Assembly (NCBI GenBank): GCA_026386795.1 | Contig: JAPLMU010000129.1 | Location: forward strand, 7,497-71,496 | DNA length: 64,000 nt | Direction: 5' to 3' | Origin: Planctomycetota bacterium | Lineage (GTDB): Bacteria; Planctomycetota; Phycisphaerae; Phycisphaerales; SM1A02 | Part shown: positions 16,737-26,364 of the stretch, one piece after another | How the letters are laid out: each line of letters opens with the position of its first letter | How positions within the stretch are numbered: the stretch's first letter is position 1 | The notes under the pieces: model-generated | What the model was told of the DNA's origin: nothing | The model's input: the letters and a program-made list of their open reading frames with translations, nothing else | Database searches by the model: none | Position numbers and translations under genes: made by a program

Positions 16737-18671
16737 ATGCTTCCTGCAGCCGCACTCATCGCTCTCACCATTGCCGCCACATTCAGTAGCGCCCCGCCGC
16801 GCTTTCAAGTGGACAGCACCGGACGCGCCACCGATGGCCAAGTGGTGAAGGACGGAGCCCGCCCGCGCGTGCAACGGATCGCCATCCTGCCCGACCGTAC
16901 CACCGGTCGCGCGTGGGGCATGCCGTACCTCCTTGCAGCAGTTGAAGACCTGAACATTGTTCGCCCCGACGCAGTCTTCACCGTCGGCGACATGGTGCAG
17001 GGATACACCCGCTCCACCACGCTCTGGAATTCCGAGGCAGACCAATACTTGCAAGCAGTTGGAGGACTGACGCCGGCCTTCTATCCAACCGCTGGCAATC
17101 ATGATGTCATCAGCGGAACCCGCACCGCCGGCGACGCCACGTTTGCAGAGCGATACCGGCAGCGCTTTGGACCAGTGTGGTACTCCGTTGAACTTGATCT
17201 TGCCACCGTGTTGGTGTTGTTTAGTGATGAAGGCTTGGGCGATTCCAAGATGGGCTTTAGTGACACACAAATTGCGTGGCTGTCGGGCGCGCTTGATTCC
17301 GCTGCCAAGCGTGGTCAACCAATCTTCCTTCTCATGCACCGGCCCATGTGGCGCTATCCATCAGTGAAGTGGAACGATCGCGTGCAGCCGCTTCTGGAGA
17401 AAGCGGGCGTTGATGCCGTCATTGCTGGTCACTTTCATGCGTTACAGCGCGACCCTGATGTTGGCGGCGTGCAGTATCACATCGTTGGCACTTGCGGCGG
17501 AATGATTGACCAACATCCACTTGCTGGCCAGTTACAGCATCTGACGTTTGTTGACTGCACCTCGGACGGCGCGCTCCGCGTATGGCATCAGCCAGTTGGC
17601 CTTGTGCTTCCGGAGGATTTCATAACGCGCGCCGATCAAGACCGCGTGTTCGCGCTGCGTGAACCAGTGCCCGCGGTGCATGCTGTTGGAATGCTTACGG
17701 ATCCAACAACACTCACCGCGCCCACCAAGACGATGGCGCGACTGGTAGCGAAGAACCCCACCGATGTTCCAATTCACATCACGCTTGATCCACCCGGAGT
17801 GTTGCGTAGCGCGGATGGACCCGCTGTGTGGTTTACCGCTGGTCGCGCCGGTCGTGGCACGCCAGGAACCACCGGCGGAATGAACGGCTGGACGAGTCAC
17901 ACGCTTGCGGATATTGATAACGCCAGCACCATGGCCAACAACGCACGCGCGGTGTTGCAAGTTGCGCCCGGCGCGTGCGATCGCACCATTCCAGCCAAGG
18001 GCGAGGCGACTATTGAAGTTCCCATGACACTCTTGCCGCAGTCAGGAACGGTGCTTGCACCGCAGCTTGATGTCTATGCAACATTTGTAGATAGCAAGGG
18101 GCGAACCGTTCCGATCTACCTACCAACGCGCCTCCCTATCGAGCGAACTATTCAACTCAGCGCATCGTTGCAAGACGCAACCCCGCTTCCAGTGTTGGCA
18201 TGGGACTATTCCCCGTACGACACCCGTGAAGACAATCCAACCTTGCGGTTTGCACGCTCTGAAGATGGCAAGATGTTGGTGATCGACGCGCTGGTGCCAG
18301 ATGACGTGCAATCCTCAGCGCCGCAATGGAGCGCGCCGGATCTCAAACACTTGACGGATCCTCATGCCGATGCCATCCGGATCATTGTTGACGTGCCCGG
18401 ACGTGCTTCGCCGCTTGACTTGCTCATTGAGCCGTTCACCGCCGGCTGCACTGTGCCGGATGGTGTCCGAATGCAATGCGGTACGCGCGCAGGCACGGGA
18501 TGGACGGCACATATTGAAGTGCCGCTCGCAGCCGGGGCGGCGGCAAACACCTCGATTCAAGTGGGAATTGCCGACAATGACGACACCTTCCACACGCAGT
18601 GGCGTTGGCTTGCCCCTGCCGGAGCCGCCGGTCGGTGGCGCATGGCAGAGCCACAATCGCGTTCTAAATAA
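16737..18671 (+). CDS. secreted metallophosphoesterase with a ~300-aa C-terminal domain of unknown function
   Basis: ATG 16737 gives the signal peptide MLPAAALIALTIAATFSSA. Calcineurin-like motifs are GDMVQG, AGNHDV, LMHRPMW and AGHFHA. Confidence 0.7.
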   Translation: MLPAAALIALTIAATFSSAPPRFQVDSTGRATDGQVVKDGARPRVQRIAILPDRTTGRAWGMPYLLAAVEDLNIVRPDAVFTVGDMVQGYTRSTTLWNSEADQYLQAVGGLTPAFYPTAGNHDVISGTRTAGDATFAERYRQRFGPVWYSVELDLATVLVLFSDEGLGDSKMGFSDTQIAWLSGALDSAAKRGQPIFLLMHRPMWRYPSVKWNDRVQPLLEKAGVDAVIAGHFHALQRDPDVGGVQYHIVGTCGGMIDQHPLAGQLQHLTFVDCTSDGALRVWHQPVGLVLPEDFITRADQDRVFALREPVPAVHAVGMLTDPTTLTAPTKTMARLVAKNPTDVPIHITLDPPGVLRSADGPAVWFTAGRAGRGTPGTTGGMNGWTSHTLADIDNASTMANNARAVLQVAPGACDRTIPAKGEATIEVPMTLLPQSGTVLAPQLDVYATFVDSKGRTVPIYLPTRLPIERTIQLSASLQDATPLPVLAWDYSPYDTREDNPTLRFARSEDGKMLVIDALVPDDVQSSAPQWSAPDLKHLTDPHADAIRIIVDVPGRASPLDLLIEPFTAGCTVPDGVRMQCGTRAGTGWTAHIEVPLAAGAAANTSIQVGIADNDDTFHTQWRWLAPAGAAGRWRMAEPQSRSK

Positions 18672-18698
18672 TCTTTCATGAGCGCAGGGAACCGCCCC

Positions 18699-18728
18699 TT
18701 GACGGCAAACGAACGAATCTGAGACAAT
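18699..18728 (+). promoter_or_regulatory. possible promoter TTGACG-N18-GACAAT upstream of the small lipoprotein gene
   Basis: TTGACG at 18699-18704 and GACAAT at 18723-18728, preceded by TGA. The spacing is long. Confidence 0.25.
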
Positions 18729-18822
18729 GTGCTTGCGCGGCAATCGGCCGTAAACGCCCCCGCGCTTTGGGCCGCTCGACCAAATTTCAGCACGAGCATT
18801 GAAAGGCAAACAGGCAACACTT

Positions 18823-19041
18823 ATGAAGACCCTCGCCACTGCAAGCGCCGTCGCTTTACTCTTCGTCCTCACTGGCTGCGGTGACGGCTCACCGAAGGCC
18901 AAGGCCGTGCAAGAGAATAATGCTGCTCCGGCAGCGGGTACCATCAAGAGCCCAAACGAGGGACTCAAGGACCGCATGAAGTCCACTGAAGGTACCGCGG
19001 CGGCGGCCGCTGCTAGTGCCGCCCCGAAGAAGACCCCGTGA
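18823..19041 (+). CDS. small lipoprotein
   Basis: MKTLATASAVALLFVLTGC carries a lipobox (LTGC). The alternative TTG start at 18799 is less likely. Confidence 0.6.
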   Translation: MKTLATASAVALLFVLTGCGDGSPKAKAVQENNAAPAAGTIKSPNEGLKDRMKSTEGTAAAAAASAAPKKTP

Positions 19042-19089
19042 TGATTGACTGAGTTGCGCGTCACAAGACGCACAGCACGCTGAAATAAA

Positions 19090-19127
19090 CAGGCGCCTTG
19101 GCATCATGCCAGGGCGCCTGTTCTTTG
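19090..19127. terminator. bidirectional intrinsic terminator between convergent genes
   Basis: The 14-bp stem CAGGCGCCTTGGCA/TGCCAGGGCGCCTG has one G-U pair and a 3-nt loop. It is followed by TTCTTT on the plus strand and by GTTTATTTCA on the minus strand. Confidence 0.75.
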
Positions 19128-19162
19128 AGCGTCATTGTTTCGTTAAGGATGTTCGGCGCGTC

Positions 19163-20350
19163 TCACACCGTCATTAATCCGCGCAGGATTGCCAATCCTT
19201 CTGCAAGTTTCTCGGGCTTGGCTGCGAAGCTAATTCGGAAGTGGGTATCGCGCCGGCTGAATACATTGCCAGGGATGACCAACACACGGTGAGCAATGGC
19301 CTGTTCAACAAACTCGTGACCCGTTATTCCAAGCCGCTTAGGTACCTCAACGAACGCATAGAAAGCGCCACCTGGTCGCGGAAGATTCGTAACGCCCGCG
19401 AATGCGTCCACCACCATCTGTCGACGCACTTCGTAGTCAGCAACAATCGGCGCTAGGTCGACGCCGAAACTTGGAATCACGCCCCACTGCGCCATGCTCG
19501 GTGCGCACACATAGGTGTACTGCTGGAATTTGGCGATCTCTTGCACGATTTCCTTTGGTCCCGCCACATATCCAAGGCGCCAACCAGTGCATCCGTATGT
19601 CTTGCCGAAACCACGGATCAACAGGCATTCGTCACTGAAGCGTGCCGGACTTGGGCAGTGCCCGTCTTCGCGCATGTCGCTGAAGCAGAACTCGTCGTAG
19701 ATTTCGTCGCTGATGAGAAGCACACCGCGCCGTCGGCACAGGTCAACGATGTCGCGAAGTTCTGAACCGGAGAGCACTGTTCCGCACGGGTTGCTTGGGC
19801 TGCAGATCAAGACCGCCTTGGTGCGCGGCGTCATGCAGCGCTCAATCCGTTCGGCGGTCATCCGGAAATCGGGATAGGTATCACAGCACACCATGGTGCC
19901 GCCGGTCATCTTCCCGAGTTGCGCGTACATCACAAAGTACGGATCGGGAATGATCATCTCATCACCCGCATCAAGAAGCGCCATAGCTGCGAGCACGACG
20001 CCTCCGCTGGTTCCGCTGGTGATCACCAAACTGCGATGCTCGCCGGGACCATCCCAACCGACATCAGTTCGCAGGTGATTCCACGTTGCATCGATGAGCT
20101 CGGGAATGCCCTGCGTCACCGTGTAACCGTTGCGATCGGCGTCGATAGCTGCTTTCGCAGCCTCTTTCATCACCGTAGGCACCAAGAAGTCTGGCTGACC
20201 GATCGAAAGGTTGATCGGGTCCTTCATCTTTGCCGCAAGGTCGAACACCTTGCGGATACCTGACGCGTCGATGGATCGCGCGCGCTGCGAAATGAGTGAT
20301 GAAAGAGAAAGGCGGCCCAGAGGGCCGCCCGAGGAGGTGTGCGTGGTCAT
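19163..20350 (-). CDS. pyridoxal-phosphate-dependent aminotransferase, class I/II
   Basis: SPSNPCGTV and the PLP-lysine region GFGKTYGCTGWRLGY. Confidence 0.85.
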   Translation of the reverse strand: MTTHTSSGGPLGRLSLSSLISQRARSIDASGIRKVFDLAAKMKDPINLSIGQPDFLVPTVMKEAAKAAIDADRNGYTVTQGIPELIDATWNHLRTDVGWDGPGEHRSLVITSGTSGGVVLAAMALLDAGDEMIIPDPYFVMYAQLGKMTGGTMVCCDTYPDFRMTAERIERCMTPRTKAVLICSPSNPCGTVLSGSELRDIVDLCRRRGVLLISDEIYDEFCFSDMREDGHCPSPARFSDECLLIRGFGKTYGCTGWRLGYVAGPKEIVQEIAKFQQYTYVCAPSMAQWGVIPSFGVDLAPIVADYEVRRQMVVDAFAGVTNLPRPGGAFYAFVEVPKRLGITGHEFVEQAIAHRVLVIPGNVFSRRDTHFRISFAAKPEKLAEGLAILRGLMTV

Positions 20351-20355
20351 GAGGA

Positions 20356-20661
20356 TTACTTCTTCGCGGCTGGCTTCGCGGCTGGCTTCGCGGCTGCCTT
20401 AGCGACCGGTGCTGCCGCCTTGCCTGCTGGTGCGCCCTTGGCGCCCGGCTTCGCTGCGGCATCACCCTCTTCAGCCTTCTTGGGCTTCTTGCCAGCGGCA
20501 ATCTTGATGCTGCGAACCTTCACAAGGCCAAGAGCATTGTTCTTGGCAACGTCGAAGCGCTCTTCCTCGGTGAGCTTTGCGATGCGCTCAGCGCGGGTCA
20601 GCACGTTGCGATGCTGGTTGAGGGCGCCGGACTTGGTCTTTAGGCTACGGTGAAGGCTCAT
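20356..20661 (-). CDS. PVC-type small basic protein with a Lys/Ala/Pro-rich C-terminal extension
   Basis: MSLHRSLK...HRNVLTRAERIAKL...LGLVKVR matches my recollection of the small basic protein family. The tail is GKKPKKAEEGDAAAKPGAKGAPAGKAAAPVAKAAAKPAAKPAAKK. Confidence 0.6.
   Translation of the reverse strand: MSLHRSLKTKSGALNQHRNVLTRAERIAKLTEEERFDVAKNNALGLVKVRSIKIAAGKKPKKAEEGDAAAKPGAKGAPAGKAAAPVAKAAAKPAAKPAAKK
20362..20397. repeat. three tandem 12-bp units CTTCGCGGCTGG (third copy has 1 mismatch) encoding (AAKP)n
   Basis: Read directly. The units lie in the 3' end of the small basic protein gene. Confidence 0.9.
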
Positions 20662-20756
20662 CGGGTTCTATCTTTCAACGCGGGTTCAGTTCGCCGGAGC
20701 CGCCGTCGTGACGACTCCGTTTCAGTCTCTCTTCATTCAAACTGCGTATCCGTTGC

Positions 20757-21485
20757 TCACTTGCAGCGCTCGGGAAACGCATCATCAAAGTCCTTGTTTC
20801 CGCGCGACAAGCGCTTCCACTTCTCTCCGACACTCTTGATCGTCGCTTCGAGTTGCTTTATCTCGGGCGATGATTTTTCAGTAGGGTCGCGGTAACCTGG
20901 CAGGACGATGATCTTACGATCCATTGCATTATCATCGGGAACGAGGTACGCATCAAGTCCGTTCGTTCGACAAAATGCCAGCATCTCGGCCCGGCGCTCG
21001 GCTGATGGGTGCCCGACAACGAAATAAGACACACCCTTGACGCGGGGATCGGACTTGTTATCGGGTGCAGCACGGGGCGTAACAGCTGACTTGCCAGCTG
21101 CGAGAGCACCTGCCGCGGGGGTCCCAGACTTATTTCCTGCTGCCGCGCCCGACTTGCCGGGATTCACCGGGATCGCCGGGATTGTGGGCGATGACTGTTG
21201 CGGCGCCAAAGAATTTGCATCCGATGGCTCCGACTTTGCTGCGGTGGAACCAGCGCCGGCACTCGCGCTGCCTCGCTTCACTCCAATTCCATACGCGATG
21301 CAAACGGCGACCACCACTGCAACGCCAATCACAATGGCGCGTCGAAGTGAAATTTCAAACTTAGAGGGCAGACCCGGTGCGTTGCCGACGCGCCGCGGAG
21401 TACCTGCCATCACTGGCGCAGCACCACTCGGCGCACCAGGGCGACGCATCAATTCATAAAGGGCCGGAGCAGCGCGACGTGCCAT
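20757..21485 (-). CDS. single-pass membrane protein with an Ala/Pro-rich linker and a SPOR-like C-terminal domain
   Basis: TM segment AIVIGVAVVVAVCIAYGIGV. The C-terminus YFVVGHPSAERRAEMLAFCRTNGLDAYLVPDDN...IIVLPGY follows the SPOR pattern loosely. Confidence 0.4.
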   Translation of the reverse strand: MARRAAPALYELMRRPGAPSGAAPVMAGTPRRVGNAPGLPSKFEISLRRAIVIGVAVVVAVCIAYGIGVKRGSASAGAGSTAAKSEPSDANSLAPQQSSPTIPAIPVNPGKSGAAAGNKSGTPAAGALAAGKSAVTPRAAPDNKSDPRVKGVSYFVVGHPSAERRAEMLAFCRTNGLDAYLVPDDNAMDRKIIVLPGYRDPTEKSSPEIKQLEATIKSVGEKWKRLSRGNKDFDDAFPERCK

Positions 21486-21492
21486 GAAGGGG

Positions 21493-21498
21493 AGTGTA
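21493..21498 (-). promoter_or_regulatory. -10-like TACACT, 7 nt upstream of ATG 21485
   Basis: The reverse complement of AGTGTA is TACACT. It lies inside a 24-nt intergenic gap. Confidence 0.35.
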
Positions 21499-21509
21499 GT
21501 GGAAGCGAA

Positions 21510-22349
21510 TTAGCCCGGGATCGCCCTGCTCCAGGCGTGAACTGTCGAAATGATTCCCACATGGGGATCGAGCCATTGCCGCGCGTCGATTACCGGGAAT
21601 CGCGCGAGCCCTGCCATCTCAAGGGCAACCCGGTATCCAAGCACATCGAGCCGGGATTCGCCCGCCACGCCTACCGGACCGCGCATTCCTGAGCGCAGGA
21701 GGTCAACAATCCGCGCCGATACCAAGCGCCCGCCGAGTTGCGAAATCACCTGAACCGGGTCGCCCCCTTCGGCAAGAACGGCGGCTGGGTCAAGCGAAGC
21801 ACCAACGGGTGGCCACGGCGCACCCTCTGCTCCGGAGGCATCGGCCACCGTCACGCCGGAACGCTCAGCAGCGGACGCGATGGCGCCGATCGCATCGCGT
21901 CGGCGTGCGGCTTGCGTTTCTTCGGCAGCGTTGGTTGTTTCACTCGCGGCGTGCGGCCCGGCAGCGTGCGGTCGAGCGTTGCTGCCGTGCACGCCCGCGC
22001 TGCTCGTAGCACGCGGTAATTGCAGCGTAACAGGAACACGACCAAATGCGCTCGCAAGTTCGCACGCAGCGCACGCAGCTTCGATGGCACGGTCCGCGTG
22101 TGCAGGGTCAACAAAGTGATCGCTGGGGATCCAAGCATCAATACCAGTGACAACCAATTCATAACGAGCGAGCGTGGCGCGCAGATCGCGGCGCGCACTG
22201 ACACCGAGGTCACGCGGTCGCATTGATGGATGAGTGGCACTGAGCTGCACACCCGCAATACCGTGCGACGCAACCCACGCGAGCGCGGCGGCGGTGTCGC
22301 CGAGCGCTGCGATCGTGACACCAAGGGGAACTTGCACGCGAGCATCCAT
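21510..22349 (-). CDS. xylose-isomerase-like TIM-barrel (sugar phosphate isomerase/epimerase family) protein
   Basis: Weak resemblance only (GIAGVQLSA...LVVTGIDAWIP). Confidence 0.4.
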   Translation of the reverse strand: MDARVQVPLGVTIAALGDTAAALAWVASHGIAGVQLSATHPSMRPRDLGVSARRDLRATLARYELVVTGIDAWIPSDHFVDPAHADRAIEAACAACELASAFGRVPVTLQLPRATSSAGVHGSNARPHAAGPHAASETTNAAEETQAARRRDAIGAIASAAERSGVTVADASGAEGAPWPPVGASLDPAAVLAEGGDPVQVISQLGGRLVSARIVDLLRSGMRGPVGVAGESRLDVLGYRVALEMAGLARFPVIDARQWLDPHVGIISTVHAWSRAIPG

Positions 22350-22422
22350 GTGTACAGGGTAGTGGCACGCGTGGGTGGAGATGGCATAAAGATCGGAGCA
22401 GCAGCGACAGCGCCTCGCGCAC

Positions 22423-22428
22423 TAGAAT
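22423..22428 (+). promoter_or_regulatory. -10-like TAGAAT, 6 nt upstream of ATG 22435 (leaderless candidate)
   Basis: TAGAAT-cgagca-ATG, the same geometry as at 14695. Confidence 0.4.
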
Positions 22429-22434
22429 CGAGCA

Positions 22435-23016
22435 ATGCGCACCACTGCAACAATTCTCTTCATCGCGCTCGCAGTGTGGTTTGCCGTGATCATGGGTACA
22501 GGCGCGGCCGCCATGGGCGCGTTCGGAGCACTTCCCAAGCTTGGAATCTCAGTTGCCGGGACGGAAGGGTTCTTCGCCGGCGATACCGCGGAGATGGGTC
22601 GATTCGCTGCTGGCAAGATGATGCAACCACTATTCATGGCAGGCGACTGGGTGCAATTTGCGGCGTCGGCACTCACTGTCGGCTGCACCGTGCGACTGGC
22701 GCGGCTCGGCGGCCTGAATGGAATGCGTTGGGCGCGCGCGATGCTCTTTGCTTGCGTCGCAGGTGCAGCGCTGATTCTTGCATGGCGCGCGTGGAGTGGA
22801 CCGGCAATGACTTTCGATCTTCTTGCCTACTGGGATGCTGTCGCTGCCAATGATCGCGAAGCTGCGACCGCCGCGCGCGCGCGGTTCGACTCCGCACATG
22901 TAGTGGCTGATGCTGGGTTCAAGGTGCAACTGGTATGTGTGTTCGGCGCATTGCTGTGTCTGGTACCTGCGTTGCTCGCAGCTCCAGTGCGAAAGGCAGG
23001 ACGCGGTGACTGGTGA
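22435..23016 (+). CDS. integral membrane protein, unknown function
   Basis: Four or more hydrophobic segments. No motif recognised. Confidence 0.5.
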   Translation: MRTTATILFIALAVWFAVIMGTGAAAMGAFGALPKLGISVAGTEGFFAGDTAEMGRFAAGKMMQPLFMAGDWVQFAASALTVGCTVRLARLGGLNGMRWARAMLFACVAGAALILAWRAWSGPAMTFDLLAYWDAVAANDREAATAARARFDSAHVVADAGFKVQLVCVFGALLCLVPALLAAPVRKAGRGDW

Positions 23017-23707
23017 AGCACTCTGGCCAACCATTGAGTTCAAACTTCCGCGCAAGAGTCCGAAGCAACGCACGCGCGCGCTGAAACTTCTTGCAGCGCT
23101 TGATGCGCGCTACCCGAATGCAAAGTGCCGCCTCGACTGGAAATTACCGCACGAACTTCTCATCGCCACCATCTTGAGTGCGCAAGCAACTGACGAGGGC
23201 GTGAATGCGGCAACCCCTGCACTCTTTGCACACTTTCCAACGCCACAAGATTTCGCCGCTTCATCTGCCGATGAAATTGCGCCCTTTATCCGCACTATTG
23301 GATTGTGGCGCAACAAGGCGCGCGCGGTGCATGAATCGATGCGCGCGTTGGTCGACCACCACGGCGGGAAGGTTCCCGCTGACATGAAGTCCCTTCTAGC
23401 ACTCCGTGGCGTTGCACGCAAGACTGCCAACGTGGTGTTAGGAAATTGCTTCGGGATCCAGGCGGGAGTTGTGGTCGATACGCATGTTGGAAGACTTTCC
23501 GAGCGTCTCGGGCTTTCTGAACACACTGATCCCGTCAAGGTCGAGCGCGACTTGATGGTGCTCTTTCCCCGCGAACGTTGGTGTGATCTCAGTCACCTGC
23601 TGATCTTTCACGGACGCGCAGTGTGCAAGGCGCGTGGGAACACCTGTAGCAGCGATGCAATATGCGGCGAATTCTGTGCGCTTGCAGCAGCCGCTTCGAA
23701 GGACTGA
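23006..23707 (+). CDS. nth: endonuclease III
   Basis: ILSAQATDEGVN, the HhH-GPD region LLALRGVARKTANVVLG, VDTHVGRLSERLGL, and the Fe-S cluster CKARGNTCSSDAICGEFC. A GTG start at 23006 is chosen; the ORF is open from 22910. Confidence 0.85.
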   Translation: MTGEALWPTIEFKLPRKSPKQRTRALKLLAALDARYPNAKCRLDWKLPHELLIATILSAQATDEGVNAATPALFAHFPTPQDFAASSADEIAPFIRTIGLWRNKARAVHESMRALVDHHGGKVPADMKSLLALRGVARKTANVVLGNCFGIQAGVVVDTHVGRLSERLGLSEHTDPVKVERDLMVLFPRERWCDLSHLLIFHGRAVCKARGNTCSSDAICGEFCALAAAASKD

Positions 23708-25339
23708 TTACTTCACATCGCCGCGGCCAGTGAAGACGGGCGAATCGCCGATCGCCACCTGCTTCAACAGCATGAAGCCGCCGTGCAATGAAACCAGCGA
23801 ACCGCCGCCACCAAGCCGCTCTGGATAGATGAAGAGCACCGGTCCTTCAAAGCGCCAAGAACGGATCGGGCTGATCTTTCCAACAAATACTCGAACTGGC
23901 TTGCCATTTTCATCAAGCGCGGGTTTCTTAGGCTTTGGAGCGGCGCCAGCGGCAGCAGCGGCGGCGGCAGCTTCCGGGTCCGTGTCTTCAGGCTCAAGCA
24001 CTTCGATCCGGCGCAATACATCAAGTCCGTGTTCATGACCGACCCACAGATCGCCGTCTATAAATTCAATGGCGGTGATATGCGGAGATCCATCCGGCTC
24101 ATAGCGTTCGACGGCACCGTCGTGTTTGATTTCAACACACTTGCCGATCGCAATGCCGTCGGCGCCCTTCTCCTCGACAATGCGCGCTGAGCCCCAAGCG
24201 GCACTCCGCTCGGCGCCCATCACGGTGGTGAGATCTGTGGTCTTGTCGGTGATCGTTGGCTCGCCACCAATGCGCCACAGCCAGAATCCTTCGCGCCCGC
24301 CAGCAAGCACGCGCCGACCATCGGTCACCGCAACTTCAAGCAGACCGGGTTGGCGTTCAACGTTGTAAAACGTGTCACCAATGTGGCGATCTTCGGTGCG
24401 ATGGCGGTACATGGCGCGGCCAAAGGTGCCAGCGACCGCATAGTGATTGGGACGAATGATGTCGATGTCGCGACCACCCTTGAGGGGAATTTCTTCGGGG
24501 TCAACCAACTTCAATCCATCAACACGCCAAGTGAACAAGAACTTGTCCGTGACTGCAAAGAGGCGATCTCCGCACATGCGGATACGCCGAACGCGTGCTG
24601 GAATTGCCGCTTGGTCGGTTTCAGCAAAGACCGCGGTCATGACGCCTACGGAAGCGCCGTTCTGTCCCTGCAATAGGAACGCGAACCCGCCCGGCGTTCC
24701 GACTCCTGATGGCAAGGGCACCAGCGAACTTGCTGCGCCGAGGTAGCGCCCGTCTTCAAGGGTCACGATCTTTCGTCCCGTGCATGTCACCGGACCACCA
24801 GCGGTTGCGACAACATGTGCGGGTGATTGACCCTCAAGGAACAACTTGCGGTCACTGATGCGCACCACACCGCCTTTGCCGCTGACATAGATTTCTTTGC
24901 TGACGTGGGAAACCATGCGCGGTTCGATGCCGAGCTCTTCGGCAGTGATTGCCGAAACTCGCTTGGGCGCAGAATTGTCGGAGACATCGAATGTGATGAG
25001 TGAAGTGAGATCAGAGATCGCCCACGCGGAATCGCCAGAAACTGCCAGGTCGACAAGCGAACCTCCTTCACCGAAGGTCACACCATCGGCGCGTCCAAGT
25101 TCGCGACCATTAGTGATGTCGATCGATAGCAGTTCGTTGCCAAATGTCTGGAACCAGCGCCCGTTGTCGACCACCGTGGCGTGATGCGTTCCGCCGGTGT
25201 GCTGCTGTATCCGGAGTTCCTTGTCGCGGCGATCGGTGCGGTCCTCGTTTACATATTGAGGAGTGCACGAAGACAGCACGGCCGCGAGACCAACGGTCAC
25301 AAGGGCGATGAGTGCGGAACGCGCGGGAAGTGAGCGCAT
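23708..25339 (-). CDS. lipoprotein, probable beta-propeller-like repeat protein, unknown function
   Basis: ATG 25339 gives MRSLPARSALIALVTVGLAAVLSSC (lipobox). The sequence is repetitive and beta-rich, with a poly-Ala/Lys-Pro linker near the C-terminus. Confidence 0.5.
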   Translation of the reverse strand: MRSLPARSALIALVTVGLAAVLSSCTPQYVNEDRTDRRDKELRIQQHTGGTHHATVVDNGRWFQTFGNELLSIDITNGRELGRADGVTFGEGGSLVDLAVSGDSAWAISDLTSLITFDVSDNSAPKRVSAITAEELGIEPRMVSHVSKEIYVSGKGGVVRISDRKLFLEGQSPAHVVATAGGPVTCTGRKIVTLEDGRYLGAASSLVPLPSGVGTPGGFAFLLQGQNGASVGVMTAVFAETDQAAIPARVRRIRMCGDRLFAVTDKFLFTWRVDGLKLVDPEEIPLKGGRDIDIIRPNHYAVAGTFGRAMYRHRTEDRHIGDTFYNVERQPGLLEVAVTDGRRVLAGGREGFWLWRIGGEPTITDKTTDLTTVMGAERSAAWGSARIVEEKGADGIAIGKCVEIKHDGAVERYEPDGSPHITAIEFIDGDLWVGHEHGLDVLRRIEVLEPEDTDPEAAAAAAAAGAAPKPKKPALDENGKPVRVFVGKISPIRSWRFEGPVLFIYPERLGGGGSLVSLHGGFMLLKQVAIGDSPVFTGRGDVK

Positions 25340-25366
25340 GCGAGCAGCGTATCCGGATGTGATAGT

Positions 25367-25714
25367 TTGCCGCGGATGCAACCTGGGCCAAACGACCCCG
25401 CCACCACGCCGCGCCTTGCGCAGTTGTTGAAACTGCACGCCTCGGAGCCTGCCGACCCATTCTGTATGTACGGCATTGCGCAGGAACATGCCCGCGCGGG
25501 GCGGCATCTTGAGGCGCTCGGCTGGTACGACCAAACCATCGCCGCCGACTCTGGATACTGCTACGCCTATTACCACAAGGCGCGATCATTAGAAGACCTC
25601 GAACGCATTGATGAAGCATGCGAGGTGCTGCGCGCCGGTTTAGAAGCCGCCAAACGCGCGGCGGACAGTCACGCGCTCGCTGAGATTCGCGGATATCTCG
25701 ACCAACTCACCTAA
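25367..25714 (+). CDS. tetratricopeptide repeat protein
   Basis: TPR-like helical pairs (MYGIAQEHARAGRHLEALGWYDQTIAADSGYCYAYYHKARSLEDL). The start may be TTG 25367 or ATG 25376. Confidence 0.6.
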   Translation: MPRMQPGPNDPATTPRLAQLLKLHASEPADPFCMYGIAQEHARAGRHLEALGWYDQTIAADSGYCYAYYHKARSLEDLERIDEACEVLRAGLEAAKRAADSHALAEIRGYLDQLT

Positions 25715-25728
25715 AGGACGAATACGCC

Positions 25729-26364
25729 ATGGCGAAGGTTCAACGCAAGAAGAAGGTTCCAATTGATGCATTGCGCGCATTGGCAGTAGACCCCAATCAA
25801 GTGGAGGTGCGGGTCGGCGGGCGGACCGTTGCAACAATCGGACGGCAGCGCGCCGAGGAACTTGGACTTGTAGAAGGAGGAGCGTGGACCCCGGCGTTGG
25901 CCGCGCGCGTTGACGCTGCAGCCGCGGAATCGTTGGCCCGCGAAGCGGCGCTTGCATTCCTTGCCAAGCGCGCATGGAGTGCAGCGGCGCTCGAGGAACG
26001 ACTTGTGAAGGCCGGTCATGTTGCGCGTGCGGCACGGAGTGCGATCCGCGCGTTGTTGGCCGATGGATGGCTTGACGACCACGCATTCGCAACGGGCCGC
26101 GTGGAGCATCATCGCCGCCGCGGATCGCTGTCTGAGGAAGCGCTTTCCGAGCTCTTGCAGGCGGACGGGGTCGGCGAAAAAGACGCTGCAGAAGTCGCCC
26201 GAACCGGCGCCGCCACTGAAAGCGAACTGCGACTTGAGGTTCGCCGTGCCAAGAAGGCCGGAGAAACTGCCAAGCGCGTGGCGGCCAAGCTGGCGCGGCG
26301 CGGATTCGACCCGGATACGATCCAAGATGCACTTGAGCACGCCGGATACGCGCTTGACGAATGA
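25729..26364 (+). CDS. recX: RecX-like regulatory protein
   Basis: Three-helix repeats (AREAALAFLAKRAWSAAALEERLVKAG, LLADGWLDDHAFA, AAKLARRGFDPDTIQDAL). AAGGA lies 8 nt upstream of the ATG. Confidence 0.6.
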   Translation: MAKVQRKKKVPIDALRALAVDPNQVEVRVGGRTVATIGRQRAEELGLVEGGAWTPALAARVDAAAAESLAREAALAFLAKRAWSAAALEERLVKAGHVARAARSAIRALLADGWLDDHAFATGRVEHHRRRGSLSEEALSELLQADGVGEKDAAEVARTGAATESELRLEVRRAKKAGETAKRVAAKLARRGFDPDTIQDALEHAGYALDE

